Below are positions 59,116 to 64,000 of a stretch of 64,000 nucleotides of DNA, one piece after another. The notes below the pieces were generated by a model, which saw nothing but the letters and a program-made list of their open reading frames with translations, did no database searches and had not been told where the DNA came from. Numbering within the stretch: position 1 is the first letter of the stretch; every line of letters begins with the position of its first letter. The stretch is from the human T2T-CHM13v2.0 reference genome, Homo sapiens, in NCBI RefSeq assembly GCF_009914755.1, contig NC_060944.1; one strand, 5' to 3'. The position numbers were made by a program, and so were the translations under genes.

Positions 59116-61121
59116 TAAAATAACTACAGAGCAATAAATTTTGATAGAAATTAACTTTATTCTTAGGGTAAAGTGAAGACTTTTTAATGTGTTGAGACTC
59201 AGTCTGTAGGTGACAGAGATTGTTCAACCCAAGTCGAATATGTGTCTAGGCAAGACAGCACCCTGCGCCCTACAGAAGATAGAGATGACATGCAGAGGGG
59301 AGAAAACTCATGCATACATTTTCATGAACAGGCAAAATAGGATCATTGATATAAGGCCGTAAAAAATATCTCTCATGTGTAGAAGTTCTGGGGAAACAGC
59401 TACCTCAGCAACAAACCAAGAAAATGAGCACACATGGAGATGAAGATAACAAAACAAAACCACAGTTAGTACAACAAATATTTAATAATATGTCTGTGGT
59501 TATTATGTGCATCATAACCAGGAGTGAGCAATAAGCAGCTCCTGAAAGTAACTGCACTCTGCATGAACCAAGCCTTTGGAAGCCATTGGACAAGAGAGAG
59601 GAGCAGGAGAAGTAGATGAATTTCCGTCTCCATTGTAACTTAGGAAATAGAGCACAATTCATGGGTGTCTATAAGGATTACAGGAGCTGAGGCCAACTGA
59701 GTATTAAATATTTAGCACAATGCCAGTAACCTGTTCAGCACTAAATGTGACCTAGCTCCATAGCAGGTGCCTGGGACTCTGAGGTGTCCATGTGCCAGAG
59801 GTTAAAGCTGTGTGGTGTTGTGAGAAGAGCCCTGGACCGGCCAGAGTCAGGTTGAGGTTCCAGTGCTGGCTCCGCAGGGGCTGACCTTAGAGGAGGTTCC
59901 AAAGCCCCGTAGAGTTTGGTTTCCCACCTCTAGCAGTGGGGAGTTGGTCTGGTGAAGTGGTTTGCAGTTTTTTTTTTTGTTTTTTTTTTTTTTAAAGCCA
60001 TGGAATCCTTTCTTTGAGAGGAGCTGCCCTTAAAAGCCAGCACATAAAGCAGACAGAGTTGGTGCTTCTCTGGTTGTGCCTGTGTACCACCCCCACACTG
60101 GGTCCCACCAGAGCCCTCATCCCTGGGCCCCTGAGGACTTGATGAAGACTCTAAGAGCACAGCTTGAAAACCAGATGAAATGCTTTCTCAGATTCCTTCT
60201 GTCAAGGCATTCTAGGAAAGAGGCCAACAGCCCAGTCTCTAGAGCCAGGCGGCCAGGTGTAGAGTCCAGCTGTGACACTCAGTAGTGGGGTGACCTTGGA
60301 CAAGTTGCTCGCCCCTCTGTGCCTCAGTTTCCTCACCTGTAAACTAGGGATGGTAAGAGAACTTACCTCATGGGCTTATTGGAAGGATTAAATAGTTCTT
60401 GTCAAGTGCTTTGTGACTTGCATGTAGGATGTATTAGATGTCAGCCTTGATTATTATTTAGGAACCTATGATTGAATATTTGGAGTCTCAGGAAGCTTTA
60501 CACTTCACAAGGCAGCTCATTTTCGTGTTCTGGCAACTCTTTAATGTGAGCTGAAAGTCTGCCCCCACCCCTTCTTCTCATCCTCGAGGGCGAGAACCTA
60601 TGGTTGCAGTGTCATCCCTTGTCCCTTTCTCCCCTGCACCAACACTTCACCATCCCAGCTTGTGTCCTGAGCTGTCATCTGCTGTTCCTGTGCCTGGAAT
60701 CCCCTTCCCCCTGGCCCTGTGGCCTCCTCAGCCACGTCTCTCAGGGTGCACTGTCAGTCCCCAGAGCTCTAGGAAGTCTCCTCCTGGCCCTCCACCCCCA
60801 CTCCCCACTGCTATCCTGTACTCTGGCTCATAACTCGTAGCCCGAGTGTGCCTTTCTCACTGGGCCTGACTTCTGAGAGCAGATATTCTGTCTCCACTGC
60901 CTGGCACAGTGACTCTGGAAATAAACATTTCTTTGGCTTTCCTCTTAACTGTGGAAGCTTTGACATACCCAGAGGCCCTTTTCTTAAAAAAAATTTTGTA
61001 TTTTTTTAAAAATTTTTAATTTTTAATTTTTTTGAGACGGAGTTTTGCTCTTGTTGCCCAGGCTGGAGTGCAATGGCCTGATCTCAGCTCACCGCAACCT
61101 CCCCCTACTGGGTTCAAGTGA

Positions 61122-61325
<204 letters not shown>

Positions 61326-61667
61326 TAAAAAAAAAAATTAATTTTTAATGTGGTAAAACACACATAACAAAATTTACCATCTTAACCATTTTTAAGCATA
61401 CAGTTGAGTAGTGTTACGTGTATTCCCATTATTGAGCAACTGATGTCTAGAATTTTTCACTTTGCAGAGCTGAAACTCTGTGCTCATTAAGCAACAACTC
61501 TCAGTTTTCCTCTTTCCCTAGCCCCTGGTGCCCCCTTATGCTTTCTGTTCTGTGAAACCAGAGAGCCCTTTTCTGGGTTCTCCTATTTCAGAGCCCTGAG
61601 GTAGATCTACTCTGTGGGTGTCTAAGAAGGTTACAATTATATGCATTTCTCTTTCCGTTCTTTGTGA

Positions 61668-61877
<210 letters not shown>

Positions 61878-62257
61878 TAACATATATTCTTTTTTAAGCA
61901 AATTTACTTAGCAGAACTGTAAAAAAGAAGTAAAATTTGGAGTTTTTATAGTAATTTAACATTATTTCTATTAAAAAATACCTTTAGGAAAATGTCAAAG
62001 GACATATAAAGCTATTATTTGTGAAAGGCAGGAATAAATGTAAAAAACTCTAGGAAATAACTTGGATGCTTTCTTTTTCCTTGTGCTTGTATACTTACAT
62101 CCAACAATTCCATGTCTTGTATCTGAAGGAAAGACTCCTAGATACAGAGTAGACTTTGTGCCAAAAAAAAAAATAGTAAAGGAACTACTATAATAGAGGA
62201 TCAAATAACAATCCGAATGTTTAATATAGGAAAATAAATAAGTAACCTGAGAAATGC

Positions 62258-62592
62258 AGTTGACCCTCAGTATTCATGGAAGATTGGTTCCAGGACCTCC
62301 CTCAGATACCAGAATTCTTAGATACTCAAGTTACTAATATAAAATTACATAATATTTGCATGTAACCTTGGCACATCCTCCTATATACTTTAAATCATCT
62401 CTAGATTAGTTATAATACCTAATATAATGTAAGTACCATGTAAATAATTGTCATACTGTATGGTTTAGGGAATAATGACAAGAAAACAAGTCTGTACATG
62501 TACAGTACAGATGCATATTTTTTTCAAATATTTTCAGTCCAAGATTGGTTGAATTTATAGATGTGGAACCCACCGATACGGAGGGCCAACAG
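62258..62592. repeat. MER2 (Tigger-derived MITE)
   Basis: CAGTTGACCCTCAGTATTCATGG..GATTGGTTCCAGGACC ... GATACGGAGGGCCAAC. Confidence 0.75.
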
Positions 62593-62899
62593 TATTCACA
62601 AAAAGTATGTAACATAATAAAATAGATAAGTCCTTATGTAAAAATGTTACATGAAAAAAAGTCAAAATAGAAACGTTTCTAAATATTCCCTGCAAAAATA
62701 AAGAACTATATGGAAAAAAACAAAATATCAATATTTGTTGTACTTGGGTACACATTTAAAAATTTTCTTTATCGAGTACCACTTACTTTTATTATTGAAA
62801 TAATTACTAAAATAGCAGGGGGATCACATGACATCAGGAGTTTGAGACCAGCCTGGCCAATGTGGCGAAACCCCATCTCTACTAAACATACAAAAATTA

Positions 62900-63064
<165 letters not shown>

Positions 63065-64000
63065 TTACATATATAAAAATTATATGTGTATATGTAAATA
63101 TAATAAATTATATATGTATATATAAGAACTATGTATATAAATATATATGTATATGATTATATATGTATATATAAATATAAATTATATACTTATATAATAT
63201 AAAATATTACTTACAAATAAATAATAAACGTATTTTTTTTTGAGGTGGGGTGTCTGTCACCCAGGTTGGAGTACAGTTGTGCGATCTTGGCTCACTGCAA
63301 CCTCCGCCTTCCAGGTTCAGGTGATCCTCCCACTTCAGCCTCCTGAATAGCTGGGACCACAGGCACGTGCCACTACAGCCCGGCTAATTTTTTGTGTTTT
63401 TGGTAGAGATGGGGTTTTGCCATGTTGCCCAGGCTGGCTTTGAACTCCTGGGTTCAAGTGATCTGCCTGCCTTGGCCTCCCAAAGTTCTAGGTTTACAGG
63501 CATGAGCCACTACGCCCAGCCATAATTTATATTTTGTAGTAAACTTTAAAAACTTGTATTAAATGCTGCTTTTCATATAGGTATCCGTATTCTGTCTCAT
63601 CTACAGAGAATGTCTGTAGAGATTGCTAAAATACATACAAAACTGAGAATATTCAGAATTATTTTTCGTTCCAAGATCAAAAGATATCATTAAGCCTGGA
63701 CAACATAGTGTGAGACCCTGTCTTTACAAAAAATAAAAAATTAGTTGGGCGTGGTGGCATGCACCTGTAGCCTCAGCTACTCAGGAGGCTGAGGTGGGAG
63801 GGTCACTTGAGCCCAGGAGGTCGAAGCTGCAGTGAGCCAGGGTCACATCACTTTACTCCAGGCTGGGTAACAGAGCAACACCCTGACTCTTAAAAAAAAA
63901 AAAGGTATCATTAATCTCCCTTCTCAATTGATGAGGAATTATTTGGAGCCTATTTTTCCTACAAAGTTGAGAATGAGTCAGAAGCAGAAAGTGGAAGTAT

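Overview
Human-like (primate) genomic DNA, recognised from its encoded proteins as the RBBP9 / SEC23B locus (chr20p11). The minus strand carries the complete 5-exon RBBP9 CDS (186 aa serine hydrolase), and the window probably starts inside its 3' UTR. The plus strand carries SEC23B from its CpG-island promoter and non-coding exon 1 through coding exon 16 (codons 1-635); the gene continues past the window. Between the two genes lie ERV1 remnants, a 37-bp minisatellite and a TSD-flanked RPS19 processed pseudogene. The most striking structure is in SEC23B intron 4. A ~6.5-kb antisense HERV-H there was apparently inserted by L1 machinery as an RNA copy, not by retroviral integration. It starts at the LTR cap site with no 5' U3, has a Phe-like PBS, and reads through a 3' LTR whose poly(A) signal is broken. 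It carries ~850 bp of transduced flank and ends in AATAAA + poly(A) inside a 15-bp TSD that splits an L2. Other notable items are a multi-template-switch insertion at the apex of a MADE1 hairpin, an SVA with a short 3' transduction tag, an inverted Alu pair in the RBBP9 3' UTR, and a nested Tigger1/Tigger2/L1/Alu stack with a target site hit twice. Repeat subfamily names are from recall of consensus sequences, and repeat boundaries are approximate.
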